Of a DNA stretch of 64,000 nt, positions 19,435-28,393 are shown piece by piece. Each line of letters opens with the position of its first letter. Positions within the stretch are counted from its first letter, which is position 1. Made by a program: the position numbers and the translations under genes. The stretch lies in assembly GCA_017457005.1 (NCBI GenBank), contig JAFTII010000031.1:746-64745 (forward strand). The letters are read 5' to 3'. The notes beneath the pieces are model-generated. The model saw only the letters and a program-made list of their open reading frames with translations, did no database searches and was not told the DNA's origin. The stretch comes from Alphaproteobacteria bacterium (GTDB lineage: Bacteria > Pseudomonadota > Alphaproteobacteria > RF32 > CAG-239).

Positions 19435-19854
19435 CTATTCTCCTTCTCCGCCTTCAGTGTCTCCACCAGAATCAGCGGTAACGCCAATAGCGGCACCGGA
19501 ACTAGCACCAAAAGTATCGCCATAACGACCGGTTGTTGCATCACCGGTTGCGTAAGTTACGATAGCACCGGCAGCTGCCAAGATTGCCAAACCTACGGCA
19601 AGACCGGCAAACCATTTCCAGTTAATCTTACCAAAGATAGCTCCGAAAGCCACACCGACAAGACCAAAACCACCAACAATAAAGATAATGGTTCTTACGG
19701 CTCTAAAGGTATTAACACCCTTAGATGCAGCCAAAGACATTATTGAAGTATTTGAGTTGGCAGTGCCTTGAGCTAAAGCATCGCCGGACATTCCGAGCAG
19801 AGCAAAAACTGCTACCATAAAAAATGTCCAAAAATTGTTTTTAATAAATCGCAT
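19435..19854 (-). CDS. virB2: VirB2/TrbC-like T4SS pilin (single unit, 139 aa)
   Basis: Signal peptide ending ALAQG, then two Gly-rich hydrophobic helices separated by KINWKWF, resembling the ISWMFG loop of Agrobacterium VirB2. AGGAGAA Shine-Dalgarno. First gene of the minus-strand operon. Confidence 0.55.
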   Translation of the reverse strand: MRFIKNNFWTFFMVAVFALLGMSGDALAQGTANSNTSIMSLAASKGVNTFRAVRTIIFIVGGFGLVGVAFGAIFGKINWKWFAGLAVGLAILAAAGAIVTYATGDATTGRYGDTFGASSGAAIGVTADSGGDTEGGEGE

Positions 19855-20151
19855 AATCGTTCTCCTTTAAATTAATACAAAACTCTTTATACTCTTTTAG
19901 GATAAACCATTTCAATGGTAAAATCCAGTAAATTTGTTTATAAGCCAAAATAGTTAACATATTGTTTACGCTAACAAAAAATTACCGTAACAAAAAATTC
20001 ACACATCTTAAACTTTGGTTAACACGATTTGGCAGAAGTTTATCCGTAGCTTTTTTGCCACAAAAAAATCAACAAGGTTGTGCATATTTTTTGGGGACTC
20101 TTGCCAAGAGTCGCATTTTGATTTATCAAGTGTTTAGAGGGGTTTTGTTTT

Positions 20152-21690
20152 ATGCAAAAAACGGCTTTAAAAACTTTTGTTTATAGTTTTTCGGTGTCTT
20201 TGTTTGCGATTTTTGTTGCAAACGGAGCATATTGGCATGTTCGCCCCTCGGAAAGCAAGATCAAAATCCCTAATAAAAACATTACCTTATTTCTTAAATC
20301 TTCTCCTGCCGGCACTGCGGCTCCGGTCAAAAAAATTGCTCTTAATGTGTTACCGGAAATTGCCGTTTTGCCACAAGAAATGCCCGATGAAGAAATTATA
20401 ATGGCAGATACAGATTTGCCTTTAATTCCTTTTGAAGATAATATTTTGATACCGGAGGAAAATAATACCCCTCAAATATTACCTGAAAAGCCGAAAAAGA
20501 TAAAAACTGCGGCTTTAATACCGCCTCCTTTAGTCAAAAACAGCGAAGAAACCTCTCCACCGGCAATTTTTGCTCCGGAATCAAACGAAAAAATCGCCAT
20601 CCCCTTGGAAGCGCCAAAATCTACAATAAGCAAATTAAACATTGCAAAAAAAGAAAAGCCGGTAAAGGAACCTGCTCCTCAACCGTCAATTGCCGTTAAA
20701 ACTCCGGAACCTTTACTACCCTTAGAAAGAAACCCCAACCTGATGTATTTGGCTGACAGTACAGTCAAAATCGGAAATCCGGAAACATTAAGCCATGTAG
20801 CAACAACCGAAGTTAATATTCCGGTCAACAGTATCAGCGCAGAAACCGCAAACACCCCTAAAGAACCCGAAAAACAAAGAAACTGGCAACAGATGTCAGA
20901 AAAACAAAAAAGCTCCGATTCACCATGGTTGGTTGCTAAAGCAAGCGGTGCAGTGCAAAATCTGAAGCTTAAAGAGGAAAGTTTCCAAAAGCCCATTGAC
21001 GTTGCTCAAAATCAACCGGAGGGTATTAAAGTGGCTACTAACACTGTCCAAAACTTGTTAATCCCCATACCGGATGACATCATGGAAGAAGAAAACCTTG
21101 TTCCTAAGCTATCTATTGATGATGACAAAAAAAATACCGAAAAAAAAGAAAATGTTACGGCATTACCGGCAGAAGAATCGAAAAAGGAAGTTGCAACAAC
21201 CGAAAAGCCTAAAAAGGGGAATATTTTATCCTCTCTGTCTTCTATATTTGACAAAGGCAACAATAAAAATAAAGAAAAAGGCTCGGATAAAAAGCCCAAT
21301 ATCATAAATTCCATCAAGAAAAAGTTGTCAGAATCATCTGCCGGAAAAATAATGCCAAAAGAAATGCGGTTATCTTTCCAACCTAATCGTGCAGAAATAT
21401 CAGGACAAACCCTTCGTTGGGTACAGGCCTTTGCAACCAATGTGGCAAAAAGCTCTTCAACACAGTTGGAAATACGCATTGACGGAACAACAACCACAAA
21501 CTTGCAACAAAAGCGGCTAAACCTTCTCTATAATATATTGCGTAATAAAGGTGTTGAAGAACATAAAATAGACACAGTATTCACGCAAAGAGAAGCAAAT
21601 TCTTTTATTTTGAGATTAGCCCCCATAAAAAAAGAGGAAATCGTAAACGGATATAATAAAATCACAGCAACAAAGTACAAGCAATGGTAA
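20152..21690 (+). CDS. Pro/Lys-rich exported protein (512 aa), first gene of the pilus-side operon; unknown function
   Basis: N-terminal hydrophobic segment, long PEPL/PKKP low-complexity region, structured C-terminal ~130 aa. No family recognised. Confidence 0.45.
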   Translation: MQKTALKTFVYSFSVSLFAIFVANGAYWHVRPSESKIKIPNKNITLFLKSSPAGTAAPVKKIALNVLPEIAVLPQEMPDEEIIMADTDLPLIPFEDNILIPEENNTPQILPEKPKKIKTAALIPPPLVKNSEETSPPAIFAPESNEKIAIPLEAPKSTISKLNIAKKEKPVKEPAPQPSIAVKTPEPLLPLERNPNLMYLADSTVKIGNPETLSHVATTEVNIPVNSISAETANTPKEPEKQRNWQQMSEKQKSSDSPWLVAKASGAVQNLKLKEESFQKPIDVAQNQPEGIKVATNTVQNLLIPIPDDIMEEENLVPKLSIDDDKKNTEKKENVTALPAEESKKEVATTEKPKKGNILSSLSSIFDKGNNKNKEKGSDKKPNIINSIKKKLSESSAGKIMPKEMRLSFQPNRAEISGQTLRWVQAFATNVAKSSSTQLEIRIDGTTTTNLQQKRLNLLYNILRNKGVEEHKIDTVFTQREANSFILRLAPIKKEEIVNGYNKITATKYKQW

Positions 21691-21731
21691 TAAGTCTTTG
21701 GAGAAGCTTGATTATTTAAAATTCAGTATGT

Positions 21732-22460
21732 ATGATAGGAACAAAAATGATAAATTACAAACAAGGAACTGCCAAAATGAAAACTAAAATATTACAAAAC
21801 ATATCACTCTCAGCGCTTCTGCTCCTAGCCGGATGTGCATATAATGATATATTTGGCGCAAGCAATACTTATGTTGAGCAAGCTCCTGATGTGGCCATTG
21901 TTGTGCCGCCACAAACATCAGGACATACAAAATCGCCAATGTTGGCAGACAATAACCCTATTAACTACCGTCAGGTTGCAGCAGATTATAGAGAATTCGG
22001 CGAAAGAACTCCATCTGACCAAACCATTGTTACCAGCGGATTTGGAAGTAATTTATCAGCTTCTATCCCTCCAACAATTGAAGAAGAAGTAAGCGACTAC
22101 GAAAATGAAATTAATGCCGCTATCGCAGAAGCAGAAACGGAAGCAGAAGAAGCCTTGACCGCCGAAGCTAAACAATCTGCAACCGATGATCCGGTTGAAG
22201 ACTGGTTAGCCGAAGAAGGAACAACTTTGAAAGGGTTGTTAACAGATTGGAGCGAACGCGCCGGTTGGAGATTGATTTGGAATACAAATCGTAATTATAC
22301 ACTTTCTGCCGGAGCTATGTTTAGAGGCAGATTTGCAGATGTAAGCTCTGCATTAATAAGAACTTTTGCAAGAGCAAGGCCTGCTCCCATAGCAACATTC
22401 TATAAAGGTAATAGAGTTTTGGTTGTTGAAACCATGGAGGACGAGAATGCATACAATTAA
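21732..22460 (+). CDS. Lipoprotein with TcpQ/PilL-like C-terminal domain (secretin-associated pilotin-like protein of type IVb pili)
   Basis: Lipobox LLLLAGCA. C-terminus GTTLKGLLTDWSERAGWRLIWNTNRNYTLSAGAMFRGRFADVSSALIRTF resembles the TcpQ/PilL2 domain (GW.L.W....Y.L pattern). Directly precedes the secretin gene and overlaps it. Confidence 0.5.
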   Translation: MIGTKMINYKQGTAKMKTKILQNISLSALLLLAGCAYNDIFGASNTYVEQAPDVAIVVPPQTSGHTKSPMLADNNPINYRQVAADYREFGERTPSDQTIVTSGFGSNLSASIPPTIEEEVSDYENEINAAIAEAETEAEEALTAEAKQSATDDPVEDWLAEEGTTLKGLLTDWSERAGWRLIWNTNRNYTLSAGAMFRGRFADVSSALIRTFARARPAPIATFYKGNRVLVVETMEDENAYN

Positions 22461-24048
22461 TTGGAAAAAATTCAGTTTAGGATTATTAGCTGCAGTAATG
22501 GCGGCTTCCTGTTCTATTTCAACAAAAATGGATGCCACAATTGAACGTGAAGTTGAGGCAGCTTCAAAACTCAAAGAAACAGCTAAAGTTCCAACCGCTT
22601 TGGCCAACCAAGACCTTATAAAAGTAAAAGATGATATTTGGCTTGGCGATACCAGCGAGATAGAATATGAAGGAGAGCCTTTACCTGCTTATTTGGATGG
22701 CAAAAACGGCATCACTTTGGTTAGCAACCGACCGATTACTCTCTTTGAAATCGGAGATATGATTAATAAAACAACCTCCCTCGGTGTTCGTTATGCTCCG
22801 CAATTGGAATCTGACGTTAAAAGTAAAGGCGCTGCCAATAAGCCTACAGCAGAGGCCGTAAATTCTGATTGGGCCGAACCAGATAAAATGCTGGTTTCTT
22901 ATCAGGGACCTTTGAGCGGATTGTTAGATGAGATATCTTCTCGCTTCGGAATTTGGTGGAAATATGAAAATAAAGAAATTTATTTTTATAAGTTTATTAC
23001 CAAAACATTTGTAATTTACAGTTTGCCAACCAAACCGAATATGTCTGTTAATGTAGGCGGAAGCCAAAGCGGCGGTGGCGGCAGTTCTTCCGTTAACTTG
23101 AGTTCATCCGTAGAAGTGGAAATGTGGAGCAATATTGAAAAAAGCATAAACGCCATTATCGGAGAAGGATCTAAGTTAACAACATCTCCGGCGGACGGAA
23201 CCATAACTTTAACAGCAACTCCAAGCGATATTAAAAAGGTGGCAAAGTTTGTAAACGAACAAAATATTCGTTTATCAAGACAAGTTGCAATCAGCGTTAA
23301 AGTTTTGCAAGTATCCGTTACCGACACCAACAACTATGGTTTGGACTTAAAAGCAACATTTAATGACGGAGTTACGGCATTTAATGTGGCTGGTTCAACA
23401 AGTGTTGCGTCTTCAGGCGGATTAACCAACGGCTTGTCACTCGGCATCTTGAAAAAGAATTGGACTGCGGATGCAGCCATAAAAGCTCTTTCACAACGCA
23501 ATAGCACAGCCTTAGTTACCAGCGGTACGGTTACAACACTTAATAACAAACCGGCACCGATTCAAGTTACGCAAAAGCAAAATTATATTGCCGAAATGAC
23601 CAAAACAAATAGCGGTACAGACGGAAATAACTATGATATATCAGTTACTACAGAAGAAATAGAAACCGGATTTACGTTAGATGTATTGCCCCGCATTTTG
23701 GAACATGGTCGGATGTTAATTATGTTTAACATGACTTTGTCTGATTTGGTTGCTTTGGAAAAAGTTGAATTCGGCTCATCTGATGAAAACCAATATATTC
23801 AAAACCCAAAAGTGGAATCCAGAGCATTCTCACAAGAAGTTGCTTTGTTATCAGGAGAATCCTTAATTTTGACCGGATTTGAAAAAGTTGATAACTCTAC
23901 TTCTAAAGAAGGAACTGGCTCTGCGGATAATTCTTTGTTAGGCGGTTTTGCTAATGCAGAAAAAGATCGCAGTATCTTGGTTATTATCTTAACACCGGTG
24001 GTATTGGAATCGCCTTTGACACCTGAAACCAGAATGAATATGAACTAG
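22447..24048 (+). CDS. Lipoprotein secretin (type IVb pilus secretin, PilN/TcpC/BfpB-like)
   Basis: ATG at 22447 after GGAGG. Lipobox AASCS. C-terminal secretin domain ending RSILVIILTPVV (the canonical secretin C-terminal block); Gly/Ser-rich linker mid-protein. Confidence 0.75.
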   Translation: MHTINWKKFSLGLLAAVMAASCSISTKMDATIEREVEAASKLKETAKVPTALANQDLIKVKDDIWLGDTSEIEYEGEPLPAYLDGKNGITLVSNRPITLFEIGDMINKTTSLGVRYAPQLESDVKSKGAANKPTAEAVNSDWAEPDKMLVSYQGPLSGLLDEISSRFGIWWKYENKEIYFYKFITKTFVIYSLPTKPNMSVNVGGSQSGGGGSSSVNLSSSVEVEMWSNIEKSINAIIGEGSKLTTSPADGTITLTATPSDIKKVAKFVNEQNIRLSRQVAISVKVLQVSVTDTNNYGLDLKATFNDGVTAFNVAGSTSVASSGGLTNGLSLGILKKNWTADAAIKALSQRNSTALVTSGTVTTLNNKPAPIQVTQKQNYIAEMTKTNSGTDGNNYDISVTTEEIETGFTLDVLPRILEHGRMLIMFNMTLSDLVALEKVEFGSSDENQYIQNPKVESRAFSQEVALLSGESLILTGFEKVDNSTSKEGTGSADNSLLGGFANAEKDRSILVIILTPVVLESPLTPETRMNMN

Positions 24049-24067
24049 AAGCAAAAGGAGAACCCCT

Positions 24068-25348
24068 GTGCTTGAAGATGCCAAACTATTAGATGATGAT
24101 ATTGACGGCGCAACAGCTCAGCGCTCTTGGGGTACGTCAATTACAGTTGATGGTGTTCAATATGCCACCAGTCTGTTTTGGCAGCCGTTACAAAACGCAA
24201 GCGACCCGTTTCAGGAAGTGGAAGAAGCTTCTGCCGGTGTATTGGAAGGCGCAGACTTATTTTGTATTAAAGGCGGAAAAGCTCCTCAATTCGGTATATG
24301 TGTATCTCAGGAAGGGTATAAAAGCGGAGAAAATGTTGCCGCAGTCGCATTAGCAACCGCATTATCTAATGTAGGCTCATTTATCGCCGTATTTAAGACC
24401 AATGAAGGTTGGTGGTACACTTGTATTCGTAATGATATTATTCTTTCTGACGGTGATATGCTGTTCTTAACAGAAGAAGAAGCTAAAGAACAGTTTATGT
24501 CTATGTTGGCAGTTCCGGATTGGGGCAAAAAAATTGCACCCAAAGAATGGGGATTTGAAGACACTGAAGATGTTGATTTGGCCGAAATTTTAATTAGAGG
24601 TGCAAAATCAAGATTACAGAAGATTAAAGCGTTAAGAGGTACAAAGCTTTTATTAGTAGTGGCAATATCTGCCGTTGTCGGAATCTGGTTAATATCAAGC
24701 TTGGTTGATAAATTGTTTTTAACCCCAACCGTGAGACCTGTAGTGGTACCAATAAAACCTAAAGTGGCGCCTAAAGCAGCTCCGGTGGTTGAAGAACCAA
24801 AACCGTGGGAGAAAGTAGCTGACCCCAAAACAATTATGGAAAATTGCTATCAAGGAATAACTGATTTGAATCAGATTCTTCCGCCGGGTTGGAATATCGG
24901 AAATATTGCTTGCTCAGGGACAGCTGTGGCTACAAGTTGGGTTAGAAGTATCGGGCGAGTTTCTTGGGCGAAAAAAGCTCTTGATAAATCGGGACTAAAT
25001 TTTTCAGGATATACTTTTTCTTCCAATGGCGGAAATTTATCGGCCACATTACCGATATCTAAAGCTGAAGAAAAAATGTCTCCTCCTAAATATACTCTTG
25101 TAGATCTGCAAAATGAGCTTAACGACAAGTTTCAGGCAATAGGGGTTGCAATATCTTTATCTTCAGATACAGAAAAAACACCGGCCGGAAAAATGTACAG
25201 AAGACTGAATTTTTCTTTAAAGTCTGAATATAACCCACTAACTTGGATTGAAATGTTAACAAAATATTCAGGACTTCGGATTAAAATGATAACCTATTAT
25301 CCTAACGACAAAACTTGGCAATATGAGGGAGCTATCTATGTTTTGTAA
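24068..25348 (+). CDS. Bitopic inner-membrane pilus assembly protein (R64 PilO / BfpC-like architecture)
   Basis: 426 aa with a ~190-aa cytoplasmic domain, single TM (LLLVVAISAVVGIWLISSLV) and a periplasmic domain. Position matches pilO in R64/PAPI-1 pil operons, and the size is similar to the ~430 aa I recall for R64 PilO. Confidence 0.45.
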   Translation: MLEDAKLLDDDIDGATAQRSWGTSITVDGVQYATSLFWQPLQNASDPFQEVEEASAGVLEGADLFCIKGGKAPQFGICVSQEGYKSGENVAAVALATALSNVGSFIAVFKTNEGWWYTCIRNDIILSDGDMLFLTEEEAKEQFMSMLAVPDWGKKIAPKEWGFEDTEDVDLAEILIRGAKSRLQKIKALRGTKLLLVVAISAVVGIWLISSLVDKLFLTPTVRPVVVPIKPKVAPKAAPVVEEPKPWEKVADPKTIMENCYQGITDLNQILPPGWNIGNIACSGTAVATSWVRSIGRVSWAKKALDKSGLNFSGYTFSSNGGNLSATLPISKAEEKMSPPKYTLVDLQNELNDKFQAIGVAISLSSDTEKTPAGKMYRRLNFSLKSEYNPLTWIEMLTKYSGLRIKMITYYPNDKTWQYEGAIYVL

Positions 25349-26684
25349 AATTAAGAACTTTGTTACCGTATCAGCTTTAGCTTTAATAGTTTCTGCTACT
25401 AATTACGCAAATGCACAAGGATTGGTCACTCTTTCTGAAGAAGCTATGTTTGATGAAACTGAAGCTCCAAAAGAAAAAGAAACTCCTAAACCGGAGCTTA
25501 ACTCCGATGGTGGAGATGATGCACTAGGCAATATCGCTCCCAAAGCCGCCACTCCGGCTCCGATTGCAGAAAAAACAACACCGGAAGTTCCGGTTCAATC
25601 CCTCAAACAAGATACTAAAGAATCGACTAAATACCCGTCAGTTAACCCTGAAGCAATCCCTTCTTTTGAAGATATTGCAACAGAAGAAGAGAATCTTGTT
25701 GATAGTGAAGTTTTTCAAAAAATGTCTGATATTGAAAAACAAACAGCATTGTTAAATTTGGAATTGCGAAAAGAACGAGTAAGAAATGAAATTGAGGCTC
25801 TAAAAAATCAACGCCGACAAGCTGAACAGCAAGAAAAAGATGCCGAAGAAGAAAAAATTCGCAAACAAAAAGAATGGGAAAAAGAGCAAGAACGTAAAAT
25901 TTTGGAAGAACAACAGAAATTACGTGAATTAGATATCCAATTTGAAAAATATCGTCAGGAAAGACTGCTTAATTCCTATAAGAATGAAATGCTTAAAGCA
26001 AATCAGGAATGGATTGCGCATGAAAGCGGTTTATATAAGCAAATCAATGATTTGAAAGCTGAAAAACAGGCTTTGCTTAATGAAATGAAGAATAAATTGC
26101 AAAAAATAAAAAGCAACGCTTCTTCAATCCCTGCAAAAGCTAAAGAGTTGGTTGATGCATATAAAAAAGAACTGGAAAATAAAGATGTTCAAATATCTGT
26201 GTTGAGAGCTAGAAATGAAGCTCAAGAGAGAGAATTAGAAAAGAAGAATCCGTTTGCAGAAGGTGCATCCGAAGCAACCACAACTACCGGCTCACAAGCA
26301 ACTACTCCGGCAGAAGTAGAAGTTGAAGAATTAAAATTAATTAATTTGTATGCGGTAATGGAAATAAGAGGACAAAACGGAGAACTGATTGCCAAATTAA
26401 TTAATAAAGACGGAATGCCTTTTTATGTGAAAAAAGGTACAATGTTGCAGAGCGGGCATACTATCTCGGAAATTACATCTACATACGTAAAAGCCGAAAA
26501 AGATGGTACTGCTGACTATTTATACTTTGCAGCAGGTGGAATATTGCCTAAAGAGCAACCGTCAAATACTATTAAACAAAAGATATCCGAAGAGAACAAA
26601 GACGACAATTCTTCAGGAGGAACAACATCTTTTGTTGCCAGTACGGGGGTTCCCGGCATGGGTAAATCTATGATGGCCAGGTAA
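25323..26684 (+). CDS. Secreted protein with an acidic coiled coil and a PilP/GspC-HR-like C-terminal beta domain
   Basis: Signal peptide ending ANAQG. Lys/Glu-rich coiled coil. C-terminus LINLYAVMEIRGQNGELIAKLINKDGMPFYVKKGTMLQSGHTISEI resembles PilP secretin-binding domains. Confidence 0.45.
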   Translation: MRELSMFCKIKNFVTVSALALIVSATNYANAQGLVTLSEEAMFDETEAPKEKETPKPELNSDGGDDALGNIAPKAATPAPIAEKTTPEVPVQSLKQDTKESTKYPSVNPEAIPSFEDIATEEENLVDSEVFQKMSDIEKQTALLNLELRKERVRNEIEALKNQRRQAEQQEKDAEEEKIRKQKEWEKEQERKILEEQQKLRELDIQFEKYRQERLLNSYKNEMLKANQEWIAHESGLYKQINDLKAEKQALLNEMKNKLQKIKSNASSIPAKAKELVDAYKKELENKDVQISVLRARNEAQERELEKKNPFAEGASEATTTTGSQATTPAEVEVEELKLINLYAVMEIRGQNGELIAKLINKDGMPFYVKKGTMLQSGHTISEITSTYVKAEKDGTADYLYFAAGGILPKEQPSNTIKQKISEENKDDNSSGGTTSFVASTGVPGMGKSMMAR

Positions 26685-26691
26685 ATAAACA

Positions 26692-28383
26692 ATGGCAATA
26701 GATTCTGAAGAAGAAAATAATGATGTTTTAGAAAATCCGGCATCAGAAGATATTTCTGATGCCGCCGGCAATTCTTCAGAAGAAAAAAAATCCAACCCCG
26801 AACAAGAACATAAAGTATCTATTGTTGATAATTATTTTTCTAACGGAAATAAATTATTAACCTTGCCAGGTTCGTCTTTAGTTATAAATGATGATACACG
26901 TCGTTTATTGGCCTTGTTTTCGGATGGTCGTTTTTTAGTATCAGAAAATCATAAATTTGACGGACGCGTTCTCAGTTTTGAAGTTCTTGCTCGTAAAAAG
27001 AAACTGGCAATACTAAAGCCAACCTATGTTTCTCAAAATGAAATAAATGCAATTTACAGTATTGGTGAGCGAGCTCAAGCTTCCGTAGATGCCAGTGAAG
27101 ATACAGAGCTTGACCAACTGCAAATGCAAAAGGACTTTGTTAACGTTATTGCCAGGGCTGCAAGTCAAAAAGTTTCTGACGTACACGTTATTGTTGCAGA
27201 CAGCACGCAAATTATGTTCCGTGTAAACGGCATGATGACAACCGAAATGGAATATAATAAAGACTGGGGAGAAGCATTTGTTCGTGCAGCGTTTGCTTCT
27301 GCAGATGTGTCTGACTCAAACTATGCACAGAATGAATTTCAGGCTGCTCAAAAACTGGGAGCAACCCCCTTGCGTGGATCTAAAGGTAAATTAATGTTGC
27401 CTCACAATGTGTTGGCTATTCGTTTACAATTTAACCCTATTGCTTTCGGGTCTCAATATTTGGTAATGCGTTTATTATACGCAGATGATAATCCGGACGG
27501 TTCCGGTGACCTTGCCAGTTTAGGTTTTGGGGAATACGAAGAAAATTTATTTTATCGTTTGCGAGCAGTACCTGTCGGGTTAAGTGTAATTGCCGGCCCT
27601 ACCGGTTCAGGAAAATCAACAACATTGCAACGTAATATGATTAAGTTGTTGCAAGAAAAAAACTATGAAATCAACCTTATTACCGTGGAAGATCCTCCTG
27701 AATATCCTATCCCCGGAGCAAGACAAATGCCGGTGACAAATGCAAACACCGAAGAAGAAAAAGATGAACAATTTACAAAAGCTCTATCTGCAGCGTTACG
27801 TTCTGACCCTGATGTTATGATGGTTGGTGAGGTACGCTCTTTATCGGCTGCGCAGTTGACATTCAAAGGCGCATTATCAGGACATGGTGTTTGGACAACT
27901 TTGCATGCCAACTCTGCGCCTGCAATATTAATGCGTTTACGCGATATGGGAGTAGAAACATTTAAATTGCTTGACCCGGAATTGGTTAAAGGACTTATTT
28001 CTCAGCGTTTGTTCAGAAAATTGTGTCCACATTGCAGAATATCAGTAAAAGAACGATTAAACGAGCTTTCCGTGCAACGTCTAAAAACCGCTTTAGGTGA
28101 TTTTGGAATAGAAAATACCTATGTCAGAGGGCCGGGGTGTAAATTTTGCAACAATACCGGTATTAAAGGCCGAATGAGTGTTCCGGAAATTATTTTACCG
28201 GATGCAATTTTCTTGGAATTAATGATTAAGGGAGAAACTAGAAAAGCTATTGACTATTGGACCAGTGATTTAAATGGCAGAACCCTTAAAGAAGCGGCTA
28301 TAGAACGAATGCTAAAAGGTTTGATAGACTTAGATGAAGTAGAGCGTTGGTGCGGATTATTAGATCAACGTCCGGTTTATTAG
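26692..28383 (+). CDS. GspE/PilB-family pilus assembly ATPase (R64 PilQ / TcpT / BfpD-like)
   Basis: Walker A AGPTGSGKSTTL, Walker B/Asp box DPDVMMVGEVRS, His box TTLHANSA, and a C-terminal tetracysteine CPHC...CKFC zinc motif typical of extension ATPases. Confidence 0.85.
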   Translation: MAIDSEEENNDVLENPASEDISDAAGNSSEEKKSNPEQEHKVSIVDNYFSNGNKLLTLPGSSLVINDDTRRLLALFSDGRFLVSENHKFDGRVLSFEVLARKKKLAILKPTYVSQNEINAIYSIGERAQASVDASEDTELDQLQMQKDFVNVIARAASQKVSDVHVIVADSTQIMFRVNGMMTTEMEYNKDWGEAFVRAAFASADVSDSNYAQNEFQAAQKLGATPLRGSKGKLMLPHNVLAIRLQFNPIAFGSQYLVMRLLYADDNPDGSGDLASLGFGEYEENLFYRLRAVPVGLSVIAGPTGSGKSTTLQRNMIKLLQEKNYEINLITVEDPPEYPIPGARQMPVTNANTEEEKDEQFTKALSAALRSDPDVMMVGEVRSLSAAQLTFKGALSGHGVWTTLHANSAPAILMRLRDMGVETFKLLDPELVKGLISQRLFRKLCPHCRISVKERLNELSVQRLKTALGDFGIENTYVRGPGCKFCNNTGIKGRMSVPEIILPDAIFLELMIKGETRKAIDYWTSDLNGRTLKEAAIERMLKGLIDLDEVERWCGLLDQRPVY

Positions 28384-28393
28384 GAGATAAAAA

